A stretch of DNA of 63,776 nucleotides, filler included, from Octopus bimaculoides (GCF_001194135.2; 6 parts of 6 records of this genome joined end to end with filler, not necessarily neighbours in it); one strand, 5' to 3'. Shown: positions 1 to 12,715, numbered from the whole stretch's first letter. The notes: generated by a model from the sequence alone, not told the origin. Translations and numbers: made by a program.

Positions 1-545
1 GTTTCATCTCTCCTACACTTTCTCTCATCTTTCTTAAACTTTCATCTCTCCTACACTTTCTCTCATCTTTTCTACACTTTCATCTCTCCTACACTTTCTC
101 TCATCTCTCCTACACTTTCTTCTATCTCTCCTACACTTTCTCTCATCACTCCTATACTTTCACCTCCTTTACACATTCCTCATTTTTCTTACATGTCCTC
201 TCATGTCTCTCACATTTTCTCTCATTCCCCTTACACTTTCTCTCATCTCTCTCATACTTTCTCATTTCTTTTACACCTATTACCTCTCTCTTACATTTTC
301 TCTCATCTCTGCCTGCCTGCCTCTTTTTCTGTCTGTCTGTCTTACATTTTCCCCACCTCTCTTATGTTCACTTCCATCTCAGATTTTCCCCTCGTGTCTT
401 TTATACTTTCTCATATCACTCTTTCATTTCCTCACAAATCTCTTACTTTCCTCATCTCTCTTTCACTTTCCTCCTATCTCTCTCCCTTTCTCTCATCTCT
501 CTTAGACTTACACATACAAACATCCTTTCTTACACACTTTCTCTT
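1..545. repeat. CT-rich imperfect minisatellite (unit about 21 nt, TCATCTCTCCTACACTTTCTC) decaying into low-complexity sequence
   Basis: Repeated tctcctacactttctctcatc units visible from base 1; the Ser/Leu/His-rich ORFs here are artefacts. Confidence 0.8.
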
Positions 546-1326
546 TTACACACACTTTCTGTCACATATGCACTTTCTTCCCCCACGACTCCTCTCTAAC
601 ACACACACATACACATGTATAAGATGTTCTTGATCTGTGAACTTGTAGTTGTTGGCAGCAGTGGCGTTAAACAATTCAAAAGAATCGTGGGATAGATATT
701 GGATATTGGTTAGGACATTGTTTATCGACTTCACTACTATGGCGAATATTCGTCTCAGATATCACATGCTACAAGACCATGTGTATATGCATGTGTATGT
801 ATGAGTGTGTGTATAAATATACATATGTGCATGTGTGTATGTTCAGCCAATCTATGCTAGCTTGGAAATCTGATGTTAAAGTGATTGTTATAATAATGGT
901 GATATATTCTTGTATGTATGCACGCATGCATGTATGTATGTATGTATGTGTGTATATATTTATATAATTAAATATTCATGTATGTAAAAGTGTATTTATA
1001 CGTGAATCTGTTTATAATTATAATGCTGGTGATACATGTGTGTATAAGTGTGTTATTTATATATATATATTTATAAGCTCTAAAATTCATCTAATTATGT
1101 ATACATGTGTATGTAGATACATTCATCCAATTATTAGTTAACGATACAATAGGTGTGTATAAGTCTGTTGATGTATATATTTATTTATAATTATAATGTT
1201 GGTGATACACATATTTATAAGTACGTGTATATTCATAAATTTATAATTATTTGGCAATGATAATCACAGTTTAGTGACTGTATGTCTAATGAGTTAAACT
1301 AATTGTGTGTTGTAATTAATATTCAA

Positions 1327-1500
1327 GCATGACTTGGCTTTGTAGCCAAGAAGTTTGCTTTGCGACCGCATGGTTTTTGGTTCCTTTCTTCTGTATGGAA
1401 CCAAGGAACCTTGGGTGAGTTTCTTCTACTATAGCTTTTAACTGACCAATGCTTTGCAAGTGAAGTTTTGTTGATAGAAACTGTATAGAAGCCTGTCATA
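1327..1500 (+). mobile_element. Degenerate 5' half of tRNA-derived SINE family S1
   Basis: Similar to the reverse complement of 3595-3758 (accttgggtgagtttcttctactatagc ... gaagcctgtcata), then runs into (TA)n and a gap. Confidence 0.55.
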
Positions 1501-2103
1501 TATATATATATATATATATATANNNNNNNNNNNNNNNNNNNNNNNNNNNNNNNNNNNNNNNNNNNNNNNNNNNNNNNNNNNNNNNNNNNNNNNNNNNNNN
1601 NNNNNNNNNNNNNNNNNNNNNNNNNNNNNNNNNNNNNNNNNNNNNNNNNNNNNNNNNNNNNNNNNNNNNNNNNNNNNNNNNNNNNNNNNNNNNNNNNNNN
1701 NNNNNNNNNNNNNNNNNNNNNNNNNNNNNNNNNNNNNNNNNNNNNNNNNNNNNNNNNNNNNNNNNNNNNNNNNNNNNNNNNNNNNNNNNNNNNNNNNNNN
1801 NNNNNNNNNNNNNNNNNNNNNNNNNNNNNNNNNNNNNNNNNNNNNNNNNNNNNNNNNNNNNNNNNNNNNNNNNNNNNNNNNNNNNNNNNNNNNNNNNNNN
1901 NNNNNNNNNNNNNNNNNNNNNNNNNNNNNNNNNNNNNNATGTATGTATGTATATATATATGTGTGTGTGTGTATGTATGTATGTATATATATATATGTGT
2001 GTGTGTGTATGTATATATGTGTGTGTATGTATACGTGTGTGTGCATGTATATATATATGTGTGTGTGTGTGTGTGTATGTATATATGTATGTGTATATAT
2101 GAA

Positions 2104-2134
<31 letters not shown>

Positions 2135-2136
2135 AT

Positions 2137-2283
2137 ATCATCATCATTTAATGTCCATGTTCCATGCTAACATTGGCTGGGTGATTTGACTGGATCTGAT
2201 AAGTTCAAGGACTGCGTTGGTCTCCAGTGTTTGCTTCGGCATGTTTTCTGTGGCTAGATGCCCTTCCTAATGTCAACAACTTT
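2137..2283 (-). mobile_element. RTE-type LINE 3' UTR fragment with (GAT)n tail
   Basis: catcatcatttaatgtcc...gatgcccttcctaatg motif shared with copies at 7963, 52360 and 53218. Confidence 0.6.
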
Positions 2284-2824
2284 ACAATATATACATATAT
2301 ATGTGTGAGTATATATATGAATATGTGGAGGCATCTTGGAACTTCTCTGCATTGAGATCATCCATTACAGCTGCATATTTAAATGAACTACATCTACCAA
2401 CATTATCATGGATCTCCAAAGTCCCAGAAACAGCTGTTAGACTTATGACACCTTTCAGCCACCCCTTTAATTTTCTCTGTCATTTGTACCCTGTATAAGT
2501 TGGATCTATAAATACATCTATATATTTGTACTTAAATATTCATTGTCTGAAAGTCTCCATCTTTTGCTTTTTCTCGTTTTTCGTGTATACATATACACAT
2601 ATTTTGTGTCCAAACTATTATATTATATTTAATACATCTAATTTGCTTATCCGCATAATTGCCTCTATATCCTCTCAACTTGTTCCCTCTTATAACCATT
2701 CTTTACCCTGTGGAATTGAATGCCTGTGAAGTCTTCGGAGTCTAAGTTTGAATCTTTTTGAGAACTGCTAAGTGTCTTTTATACGAAGAATCTCTGGATC
2801 TTATCTGTTGAATATGAACGAATA

Positions 2825-3028
2825 TGTATTATGATGAATGTGTATATATATACATGTATATCTCCGTGTGTGTTTTTGTATTATGAAGGCTCGTGTATTA
2901 TAATGAATGTGTATATATACATATATATCTCCGTGTGTGTTTTTGTATTATGAAGGCTCGTGTATTATGAAGAATGTGTATATATACATATATATCTCCG
3001 TGTGTGTTTTTGTATTATGAAGGCTCGT
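2825..3028. repeat. Three tandem copies of a 67-69 nt unit
   Basis: tgtattatga...atctccgtgtgtgtttttgtattatgaaggctcg recurs at 2825, 2894 and 2961. Confidence 0.85.
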
Positions 3029-3165
3029 GGTCTGGTGCTTAGGGTGTTGGACTTTCAGTCAGAAGGTTGTAGTTTCAAAATCAGTGTTTCCTCCTTGAGC
3101 AAGCCACTTTGTTTCACATTGCTGCAGTCTGCACAGCTAAAAATCAGTACTGGCCCATTACTGAT
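3027..3165 (+). mobile_element. Degenerate SINE (family S4) with tRNA-like head and CORE-like ccttgagcaagccactt motif
   Basis: Decayed A/B-box head; similar to 34735-34864 and to the reverse complement of 60190-60408. Confidence 0.45.
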
Positions 3166-3342
3166 GCAGTCCTTTGTCCTTCCAGCTGTCACATTGCAAA
3201 TATTCTGCTGGGGTAAGGGTAGCGGGGAGTCTGAGAAGTTGTCTTTTTACCGGCTTGAAACTACATAAGCACGTAAAATCATTAATGAATGCATGGTACA
3301 CACTACACTGCAAGTGTTGGCTATGCCTGCGTCTATATATAT

Positions 3343-3758
3343 ACTCTTTACTCTTTACTCTTTTACTTGTTTCAGTCTTTTAACTGCGGCCATGCTGGAG
3401 CACCGCCTTTAGCCGAGCAAATCGACCCCAGGACTTATTCTTTAGAAGCCTAGTACTTATTCTATCGGTTTCTTTTGCTGAACCGCTAAGTTACGGGGAC
3501 ATAAACACACCAGCATCGGTTGTCAAGCGATGTTGGGGGGACAAACAGACACACAAACACATACATACATACATATATATATATATACATATATACGACG
3601 GGCTTCTTTCAGTTTCCGTCTACCAAATCCACTCACAAGGCTTTGGTCGGCCCGAGGCTATAGTAGAAGACACTTGCCCAAGATGCCACGCAGTGGGACT
3701 GAATCCGGGACCATGTGGTTGGTAAGCAAGCTACTTACCACACAGCCACTCCTACACC
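3343..3758 (-). mobile_element. Full-length tRNA-derived SINE S1 (head, body, internal microsatellite, 3' domain, tail)
   Basis: Minus strand begins ggtgtaggagtggctgtgtggtaag (A box), has ggtcccggattcagtccc (B-box region), internal (CA/TA)n and gagtaaagagta tail; many other copies in window. Confidence 0.85.
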
Positions 3759-3802
<44 letters not shown>

Positions 3803-4307
3803 TTTTGATGTTAACCAACTGTAATCTCAAGGTTTATAATCTACACCATAACAAGCAAGTAATATGAACACTTTTGTAATGAGTCTTCTCAAACGAATTG
3901 ATATTAAAAGAGTTAATGTTACTGCCTTGAGAAAATCTGTCAGCAAACAGTCTGTGAAATGAAATGGTGATTGTGGTAGTAACTGGAAGCTAAATGGGAA
4001 AAATGCTACACTACTGTTGCCATATTGGTAGTTCATTGCACCGTCTCAGAAACAAATGGTGCTTTAATATATGATCGCCCCCCCCCACCTTCATTTTTTT
4101 TTTTTCTTACTTACAATAAACATTGCAATCATTCATTCATTCATTTATTCACTTTCTCTCTGTGTCTGTCTGTCTGTCTGTCTCTCATTTTGTCTTTTAG
4201 TTCCTGCTCTCAATATTCATTTGCTCCCTCTCACTATGTCTGTTTCTCATTCTCCGTCTGTCACTTTTTCTCTCGCTCACCCACTTACTCTCAATGCTAG
4301 GAATATT

Positions 4308-4503
4308 CGTTTCAAATTTTGGCACAAGGCTGGCAGTTTTTGGGGAGGGAGAAAGTCGATCATATCAACCCTATTGCTGAACTGTTATTTATTTTATTGA
4401 TCCTGAAAGGTTGAAAGGCAAAATCAGCCTTAGCAGAATTTGAACTTAGTATGCTGCTAAGCATTTTACCCAGTGTGCTAAGGATTCTGTCAGCTCCCTG
4501 CCT
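4308..4503 (-). mobile_element. SINE family S2 with 17-nt target-site duplication
   Basis: TCAATGCTAGGAATATT at 4291-4307 and 4504-4520 flanks the element; body matches copies at 23018, 30045 and 42672. Confidence 0.8.
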
Positions 4504-4544
4504 TCAATGCTAGGAATATTATTGTGGGAGTACATCTGAAATGG

Positions 4545-4868
4545 TGGAGGCGCAATGGCCCAGTGGTTAGGGTAGCGGACTCGCGGTCATAAGATCGCGG
4601 TTTCGATTCCCAGACCGGGCGTTATGAGTGTTTATTAAGCGAAAACACCTAAAGCTCCACGAGGCTCCGGCAGGGGATGGTGGCGAACCCTGCTGTACTC
4701 TTTCACCACAACTTTCTCTCCCTCTTACTTCCTGTTTCTGTTGTGCCTGTAATTCAAAGGGGCAGCCTTGTCACACTGTGTCATGCTGAATATCCCTGAG
4801 AACTACGTTAAGGGTACACGTGTCTGTGGAGTGCTCAGACACTTGCATGTTAATTTCACGAGGAAGCT
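4545..4868 (+). mobile_element. tRNA-derived SINE family S3, truncated by gap
   Basis: A box tggcccagtgg and B box ggtttcgattccc; near-identical inverted copy at 54045-54367. Confidence 0.8.
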
Positions 4869-5571
4869 NNNNNNNNNNNNNNNNNNNNNNNNNNNNNNNN
4901 NNNNNNNNNNNNNNNNNNNNNNNNNNNNNNNNNNNNNNNNNNNNNNNNNNNNNNNNNNNNNNNNNNNNNNNNNNNNNNNNNNNNNNNNNNNNNNNNNNNN
5001 NNNNNNNNNNNNNNNNNNNNNNNNNNNNNNNNNNNNNNNNNNNNNNNNNNNNNNNNNNNNNNNNNNNNNNNNNNNNNNNNNNNNNNNNNNNNNNNNNNNN
5101 NNNNNNNNNNNNNNNNNNNNNNNNNNNNNNNNNNNNNNNNNNNNNNNNNNNNNNNNNNNNNNNNNNNNNNNNNNNNNNNNNNNNNNNNNNNNNNNNNNNN
5201 NNNNNNNNNNNNNNNNNNNNNNNNNNNNNNNNNNNNNNNNNNNNNNNNNNNNNNNNNNNNNNNNNNNNNNNNNNNNNNNNNNNNNNNNNNNNNNNNNNNN
5301 NNNNNNNNNNNNNNNNNNNNNNNNNNNNNNNNNNNNNNNNNNNNNNNNNNNNNNNNNNNNNNNNNNNNNNNNNNNNNNNNNNNNNNNNNNNNNNNNNNNN
5401 NNNNNNNNNNNNNNNNNNNNNNNNNNNNNNNNNNNNNNNNNNNNNNNNNNNNNNNNNNNNNNNNNNNNNNNNNNNNNNNNNNNNNNNNNNNNNNNNNNNN
5501 NNNNNNNNNNNNNNNNNNNNNNNNNNNNNNNGTAGCAGTCAAATAACTAGCAGTAGTCATGATAATAACAA

Positions 5572-5617
<46 letters not shown>

Positions 5618-5756
5618 GGTAATCATCGTGGTGAAGTTGTTCCCCCTATGGTTTTAATAGAAATCGGGTTCTTCGATCCCCTTTGTTTATTTCTTATGAA
5701 TAACTTGCAAATCTACGTATAAAAATATTAAAATATATATGAAAGTCTCAGTGTTG

Positions 5757-6365
5757 CTAGTTTAGAGAATTTAGACTTGGTCGGTATTTTCTTATAAAAA
5801 ATATTTCTTTGCTAATGCATTCATTTTGGCTAGCATTGTCTTTGAATTTGTATAGAGGAAACGTTGTGAATTTGAGAAATTTGTTGTAAGCACATTCATC
5901 GATGTGCTGGCTGAGAGGTATTTTCCTGTTTTCTGGGATTCTAATTTGGGATTTGTGTACCGCCATCCTCTGACGTAGGCTGTTTTTAGTGTGTCCAATA
6001 TATTGCCGTTTACATCCAGAGCATGTAATTAGGTCGATCAAGTTCTCCGATGCACATGTAAAATTAGTTTTTACTGTGAAATTATGGCCTTGTTCTGATC
6101 CTTCTATTACGTTGACACAAATCCCACAGTTGGGTCTCCCGCATTTTTTTACTGTAGATTTAGTGGTTATTGTTGAGTGTAATTTGGCCTGGGTTAAAAT
6201 CTTTTTCATTGATTTTGGTTGCCTCTTACTTTTGATGATTGTATGTGTTTTGAGGATTTGGTTCATTTTTGGGTCTTTCTTGAGTAGAGCTGTGCTGTGG
6301 AGTATGTTGTTGAAGGCCTCATTGTTGTGTGGGTTGTGTGTGGAGATGTAAGGCAGGGTTTTATG
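5757..6365 (-). mobile_element. 5'-truncated Penelope-like element, GIY-YIG endonuclease region (Neptune-like)
   Basis: Open frame of 203 codons including the stop: LPYISTHNP...KCGRPNCGIC...FTCASENLIDLITCSGCKRQYIGHT...LRQRM...KEIFFIRKYRPSLN; Cys knuckle before GIY-YIG. Confidence 0.85.
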
Positions 6366-6519
6366 TCATAGTTAAACAATTAGCATTGGGAAAGGTAGAC
6401 ATCTAACTGCAAAAGAACAGTTGCATCTATGAATAAAAACCTCTTGTTTCTTGGTTACCTATCATGGATTTATTTTCTGTGGTAGATTTCTGGCTGTGTG
6501 GTTCAGAAGCTTGTTTTGC

Positions 6520-6972
6520 AATCATGTGGAATGTAACATTTCTAATAACAGCACTTCAAAATGTGATGAATGCTTGCTTCATTTTGAAATTCCTGTCTCA
6601 TGACTTGCTTGTAAGCACAGATTTGCGTAACTCAGGTAATATGTTTTTAGTACCCATTTTTTATTTGTGGGCTCGATAATGTCCTAAGTCTTTTGGAATG
6701 TTCCTTAAGAACATTCTGAACAGTTTCATCTGCTTCAAACTTCTAATTCAAGTGTTGCTTAGTTGCATTAGTGAATCTGTTTGAAACTCTCTCCTAAATT
6801 CTCTTTGCACTTTGTGTTTTCAAACTTCCAGTAGCCCTTTGGGGTTAATTTCCTTTCTTCAAGACTTAGTCTGATTTCTTTCATTAATTGTAATGGGTTA
6901 AATCTAAAAAGATAAGAAAATTAAGTGAGTTACCAGCTGTTAAAATGTGTACACATTTTTGGAGACACTCTG
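6520..6972 (-). mobile_element. Degenerate Tc1/mariner transposase 5' remnant (same family as 48078-49150)
   Basis: Minus strand reads KVQREFRREFQTD / EADETVQNVLKEHS across frameshifts; aligns by eye to 48230-48560; TIR-like cagagtgtctccaaaaatgtgtacaca. Confidence 0.6.
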
Positions 6973-7237
6973 TAGATATATATAAAATATAATAATTTAA
7001 AAAGATTTATTTACATAACTCTTGTACACATGTTTCCATAACAGATTTACAAAATAAATATCTTCCATTTTATCAGTAATTGAAATCTAAATAAATATTT
7101 AAAGTGAAGAAAATTATGGTTAATTGTTTGAATCTTTAAGCATTTTGATGCATATTCAATTGAAAGTTGAGATAAAAATATATATATATAGATTTATACA
7201 CACACACACACACACACACACGATATATATATATATA

Positions 7238-7474
7238 AGAGAGACGATTGCGCTGGTATGGACATGTGGTGAGAATGGAGGAGGATAGCTGCGTGAAAAA
7301 GTGCCACACCCTAACAGTTGAGGGAACCCGTGGAAGAGGTAGGCCCAGGAAGACCTGGGCTGAGGTGGTGAGGCAAGACCTTCGTACATTGGGCCTCACC
7401 GAGGCGATGACTACGGACCGAGACCTTTGGAAATGGGCTGTGCGTGAGAAGACCCGGCAAGCCAAGTAAGATCG
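7238..7474 (+). mobile_element. RTE-clade LINE, C-terminal end of ORF
   Basis: RRLRWYGHVVRMEEDSCVKKCHTLTVEGTRGRGRPRKTW is the typical RTE C-terminus. Confidence 0.85.
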
Positions 7475-7844
7475 NNNNNNNNNNNNNNNNNNNNNNNNNN
7501 NNNNNNNNNNNNNNNNNNNNNNNNNNNNNNNNNNNNNNNNNNNNNNNNNNNNNNNNNNNNNNNNNNNNNNNNNNNNNNNNNNNNNNNNNNNNNNNNNNNN
7601 NNNNNNNNNNNNNNNNNNNNNNNNNNNNNNNNNNNNNNNNNNNNNNNNNNNNNNNNNNNNNNNNNNNNNNNNNNNNNNNNNNNNNNNNNNNNNNNNNNNN
7701 NNNNNNNNNNNNNNNNNNNNNNNNNNNNNNNNNNNNNNNNNNNNNNNNNNNNNNNNNNNNNNNNNNNNNNNNNNNNNNNNNNNNNNNNNNNNNNNNNNNN
7801 NNNNNNNNNNNNNNNNNNNNNNNNNNNNNNNNNNNNNNNNNNNN

Positions 7845-7882
<38 letters not shown>

Positions 7883-7962
7883 TTATGATGTATATATACA
7901 TATACATGCTTCAGCATGGCCACAGTCAAATGACTAAAACAAGTAAAAGAATAAAAGAATAT

Positions 7963-8250
7963 ATCATCATCATCATCGTTTAATGTCCACTCTCCATGCT
8001 GGCATGCGTTGGATGGTTTGACTGAGGATTGGGGAGCCAGAGGCTGCACCAAGCTCAATCTGATCTGGCAAAGTTTCTACAGCTGGATGCCTTTCCTAAC
8101 GCCAACCACTCCGAGAGTGCAGCAGGTGTCTTTTACGTGCCACCGGCACGAGGCCCAGTCAGGCAGTTCTGGCAATGACCATGCTCAAAAGATGTTTTTA
8201 TGTGCTCCCTGCACAGGAGCCAGTCTGGCGACACTGGCAATAATCACACT
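7963..8250 (-). mobile_element. RTE LINE 3' UTR fragment
   Basis: (CAT)n followed by cgtttaatgtccactctccatgctggcatg...ctggatgcctttcctaacgccaacc, as in other copies. Confidence 0.7.
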
Positions 8251-8650
8251 ATGCATATATGTACATACCTACATGCATATATGGGTACAGAACATGAAAA
8301 AAAGTCAACAAAATGAGAAATGAGAATATAAAAAACAAAAGCATAGAAAACAAACATTTTTTTCGAACAACGAAAGAAACAAATAGAGAAACAAGACAAG
8401 CAACATAAAGAACACTCCCTTCATCAGTTGTCCCCTGTTTTATCTACTCCGCATTTTGAAGGTAGGGACAAGACGTGACTTCGTTAGAACAGTCCTTCCC
8501 GCAAAGCAAATTAAATAAAATTTGGGATTTTTTGCAGAGGGTTAAAGTGGTAACAAAAACAGAACAGTAAGAACAAAACAGTAAAAGCCAAAATGATATG
8601 AAGTGGTGAACGCTGGAAAAACAAGCTTTNNNNNNNNNNACACACTCACA

Positions 8651-8692
<42 letters not shown>

Positions 8693-9111
8693 TTAAACGC
8701 GGATGGCAAGGAACATACACAGGATGCAGAAAAACACATAGTAATCTCCTCTGGTCAGCTGTTTACTGAAGGTCATAGCAACTTTGACCTACTTCATTGA
8801 TAGTAGTAGGTCAGCTGACCCAGCAAAAAAAGGATGCAAAATAGTTATCGCTTATCAGCTAAGACAAACAGAACCTGAAACTGAGTGACATATATATGTT
8901 TTATGAAAATGTCAAGTTCCACAAAAGATGTTTTTTTTTTTTTGTTTTGGTTTGCAAAAATACCTCTAGTGTTCATGTTCAATTTTGATACAATGTGTAT
9001 TTAATTCTATGTGGCTTTACTATGTTCCTCTAAACCAGTGCTCCGCAACTGCTATGCCATGGCACACTGGTATGCCACGAGACAATGCCCGGTGTGCTGC
9101 AGTGTAACCTG

Positions 9112-9905
9112 AATACTCTTTTACTGTTTTACTTGTTTCAGTCATTTGACTGCGGCCATACTGGAGCACCGCTTTTAGTTGAGAAAATCGACCCCAGGAC
9201 TTATTCCCTGCAAGCTTAGTTCTTATTCTATCGGTCTCTTTTTGCCGAACTGCTAAGTTACGGGGACATAAACTCACCAGCATCAGTTGTCAAGCGATGG
9301 TGGGGGGACAAACGCAGACACACAAACGTAAAAGCACTTACTACACTCTCTGAGTGGTTGGCGTTAGGAAGGGCATCCAGCTGTAGAAACTCTGCCAAAT
9401 TTAGATTGGAGCCTGGTGTTGCCATCCGGTTTCACCAGTCCTCAGTCAAATCGTCCAACCCANNNNNNNNNNNNNNNNNNNNNNNNNNNNNNNNNNNNNN
9501 NNNNNNNNNNNNNNNNNNNNNNNNNNNNNNNNNNNNNNNNNNNNNNNNNNNNNNNNNNNNNNNNNNNNNNNNNNNNNNNNNNNNNNNNNNNNNNNNNNNN
9601 NNNNNNNNNNNNNNNNNNNNNNNNNNNNNNNNNNNNNNNNNNNNNNNNNNNNNNNNNNNNNNNNNNNNNNNNNNNNNNNNNNNNNNNNNNNNNNNNNNNN
9701 NNNNNNNNNNNNNNNNNNNNNNNNNNNNNNNNNNNNATATATAATGACGGGCTTCTTTCAGTTTCTGTCTACCAAATCCACTCACAAGGCTTTGGTCGGC
9801 CCGAGGCTATAGTAGAAGACATTTGCCCAAGGTGCCACGCAGTGGGACTGAACCCGGAACCATGTGGTTGGTAAGCAAGCTACTTACCACACAGCCACTC
9901 CTATA
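9112..9905 (-). mobile_element. SINE S1 nested in the hAT element
   Basis: 3' domain at 9112-9330 and head at 9740-9905 match 3343-3758. Confidence 0.8.
9330..9462 (+). mobile_element. RTE 3' UTR fragment inserted in the SINE internal microsatellite
   Basis: taaaagcacttactacactctctgagtggttggcgttaggaagggcatccagctg matches 17368-17500. Confidence 0.75.
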
Positions 9906-10003
9906 CTTTCAGTTATGTTTTCTGTTCAGGTGGGCTGCTGAATTATCTAAAGAATACAAGTGTACCATAAGTGAAAAAAAGGTTACTGAGCACTGTTCTA
10001 AAC

Positions 10004-10500
10004 CAAGGCTTCTCAGCATAGGCAGTACCACGGGGCATATCAGAGGGGGTGATAGGTTTTCGGGAGCGATGATGGGGGCAATGAGGTAACATAATTAACA
10101 TGCTAAATTTTAGCTAAGGTAGTAATTATATTATATACGATACATGATTGTGCTGTCACAGTTGCTGACTAAGCAACAAAATAAATTTGCAAATAGTCAA
10201 AGAGGAGACTTAGATTTTCTTTTGACTAACATTGAAGATTTAGCTAGGTCTCATCAGACACAGGAAAGTCATTAACTTGCATTACATAAAGTAAATTAAC
10301 AACTTTTGTCTTAATTAATTTTTTATTGTTTCACTGTTAAAAGCTTATACAATTCATTTTTCAAGTAAAATTTTAAAATCATCATTTCTGTTAAGTTAGT
10401 TTAGCTGTGATACCTCACTCGCCACTTAAGTGGGTGCTATGCATAACTACTGCTTAAAAAAGGGGATAGTGCAAAAAAGAAAAAGGGCCAAGAACCACTG
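10004..10500 (+). mobile_element. Internally deleted hAT (Charlie/Buster-like) element
   Basis: Ends caaggcttctcagc and gccaagaaccactg; internal RGDLDFLLTNIEDLARSHQTQESH* (about 10200-10275) resembles Buster-type transposase C-termini. Confidence 0.6.
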
Positions 10501-10544
10501 ATTAAAACAGATAAAAGGATCTGTCTATCTACCTAGACCCCCAT

Positions 10545-11075
10545 AAAAAAAAGCCTTCTCTCTCCCTCTTTCTTGCTCTCCCTCCCTCTCTCTTGCTCTC
10601 CCTCTTCTCTCTCTTGCTCTCCTCTCTTTTGCTCTCCCTCTTCTCTCTCTCCATCTCTCTTGTGCTGTCTTTCTTTCTTGTTATGTCTCTATTGCTCTCT
10701 CTCTTTCTCTTTCTTATGTGTTCTCTCTCTCTCTATGTCTCTCCCTTGCTCTCTCTTGTTATATCTCTATTGCTCTCTCTCTTTCTCTTGCGCTCTCTCT
10801 CTTTCTCTTGCGCTCTCTTTCTTTCTCTTGCGCTCTCTCTCTCTCTCTCTCTCTCTGTTTCTCTCTCTCTGGCTCTCTCTCTTATGTCTATTTTTGCTCC
10901 CCGTCTTTTTGTCTTGCTCTTTCTCTCCCTCTCTCCCTGTCTTGCTCTCTCTTTCTCCCTTGCTCTCTTTCTCTCTTTCTCTTTTCCTATCTTGCTCTCT
11001 CTTATCTCTCTTGTTCTCACTTTCCCTCCCTCTAACTCCCTATTCATCCCCTCTCTCTTGTTCTCTGTCAATCTC
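10545..11075. repeat. (CT)-rich polypyrimidine low-complexity tract
   Basis: Direct inspection. Confidence 0.9.
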
Positions 11076-11633
11076 CATCAATCTCACAAAACCTCATTAA
11101 CACCAAGGAATTAACGAATTAATTGTCTGTCCAGGAAATAACCATGCATTTATCCCCTTCCTGCTCACAATCATTGGATTGTGGCCATGCTGGGGCACTG
11201 ACTTCAAAGGCTATATGATTATATCAATACCAGTACTTGCAAACATATACTTATTTTATTGATTTCAATAGGATGAAAGAAAACTCTAACCTGTGTGTGA
11301 TTTGAACTGAGAACATAAATTTCCACAGTTCAATACCACATCAAAAGGATATGTACTCCCACTCTTTATTGATTTTTGACAAACATTTTTGAATGCCAGT
11401 GTTAAAGTATTGAAACTTTTCAAAAATCCAATAATTATTCAGTTATTGATGACTCTGACAGATATATTGCTGATAAAATAATTTCGTAAATTAACCCAAA
11501 GGTCAAATTGACTTCAATGATTAATATCAATTTCATTGTTAAATATTTATTCAGATAAATTAGAATATAATTATATTATAAAGTGTCTTTTATATATATA
11601 CACACATACACATGCATACACACATCTATACTT

Positions 11634-11768
11634 GTGTGTAGCTGTGTGGTAAGAATCTTGGTTCCCAACCATATGGTTTCAGGCTCAATCCCACTGCAAG
11701 GCACCCTGGGCTGACCAAAGCCTTGTGTGGGGATTTCGTAGACAGAAACGGAAAGAAGCCTGTCATAT
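11634..11768 (+). mobile_element. SINE S1 5' half
   Basis: gctgtgtggtaag...gcaccctgggc...gacagaaacggaaagaagcctgtc. Confidence 0.7.
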
Positions 11769-11776
11769 CTGTATAT

Positions 11777-11822
<46 letters not shown>

Positions 11823-12554
11823 TCATTTATTATTTGTATTACATGATCAAACGCACGCGTCATCCCTGCAAGTAAGTTTTGAACTTTATATTTCTGACGC
11901 GACTATCTATCTTTGTATCGTTCTCCCCCTCTCGTTCTTCCTTCTGTTGTTCTTCGCCTCTCCCCTTCACTACTATATCTCTCTCTCTTCCTCCCTGTCT
12001 CTCGTTGCTCACCTATATTCTACTTCCTCCCCTTGGAACATAACTTAAACAGAAGGTTTTTGCATAAAATGATATTGGAAAGTTTTATTTCATCATAACC
12101 ACTCAAAGAAGGTAGTTTTGAATCAGAAAACCTGAGTTAGACTTAAGCAGTTGGCATCAAAACGGTTAACCACCTACATTTTCTACCCAACAGAATATAC
12201 AGTGTGGGCATGTATTAAGAGGCAATAAGTATCTGGTTGAAAAGCCTAACATAAGTGTGAGATATTATATGTAAAAGGTTCTGGCAAATACTGTCTGAGA
12301 TTTGTTCAGTATTTAACCATGTCAGAATATACACAGACGCCTGAGTAAGTCGATAGATTTATGTACCAGTGGAAATATTCAAATATTACCAATTGAAGAC
12401 AATTAGCAAGAGAGGGCGCTACATACTGTTAATGAAAATGACCTGGTCACTGCCATCTGAGAGTGAGATAGCTGTATAAATCTTAAAAGAGAAACCAAAT
12501 ATAACCACCTGGATATAGACCATTTCACTCTGGTGCATACTTACACACACGCAC

Positions 12555-12715
12555 GTATGCGCACACCTTTTAGCTTCTGTCTACTTGAAATCCACTCACA
12601 AGGCTTTGATTGGTTTGGGCTATAGCAAAAGACACTAATCCAAGGTAGCACAAAGGGACCAATCCCAGAATCATGTAGTTGGGAAGCAAACTTCTTACCA
12701 CATACATACGCACAC
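12555..12715 (-). mobile_element. SINE S1 5' half, degenerate
   Basis: aatccactcacaaggctttg...gggaagcaaacttcttaccaca. Confidence 0.6.

Larger units (their letters stand above)
9036..9995. mobile_element. Short non-autonomous hAT element interrupted by nested insertions
   Basis: TIRs CAGTGCTCCGCAAC and GTTACTGAGCACTG (12/14 match); 8-nt TSD CTCTAAAC (9028-9035) and TTCTAAAC (9996-10003). Confidence 0.7.

Noticed and set aside
4545-4620. tRNA gene (also 29745-29815 and the S1 heads)
   Set aside because: A and B boxes are present but run into SINE bodies found in multiple copies; no full acceptor stem
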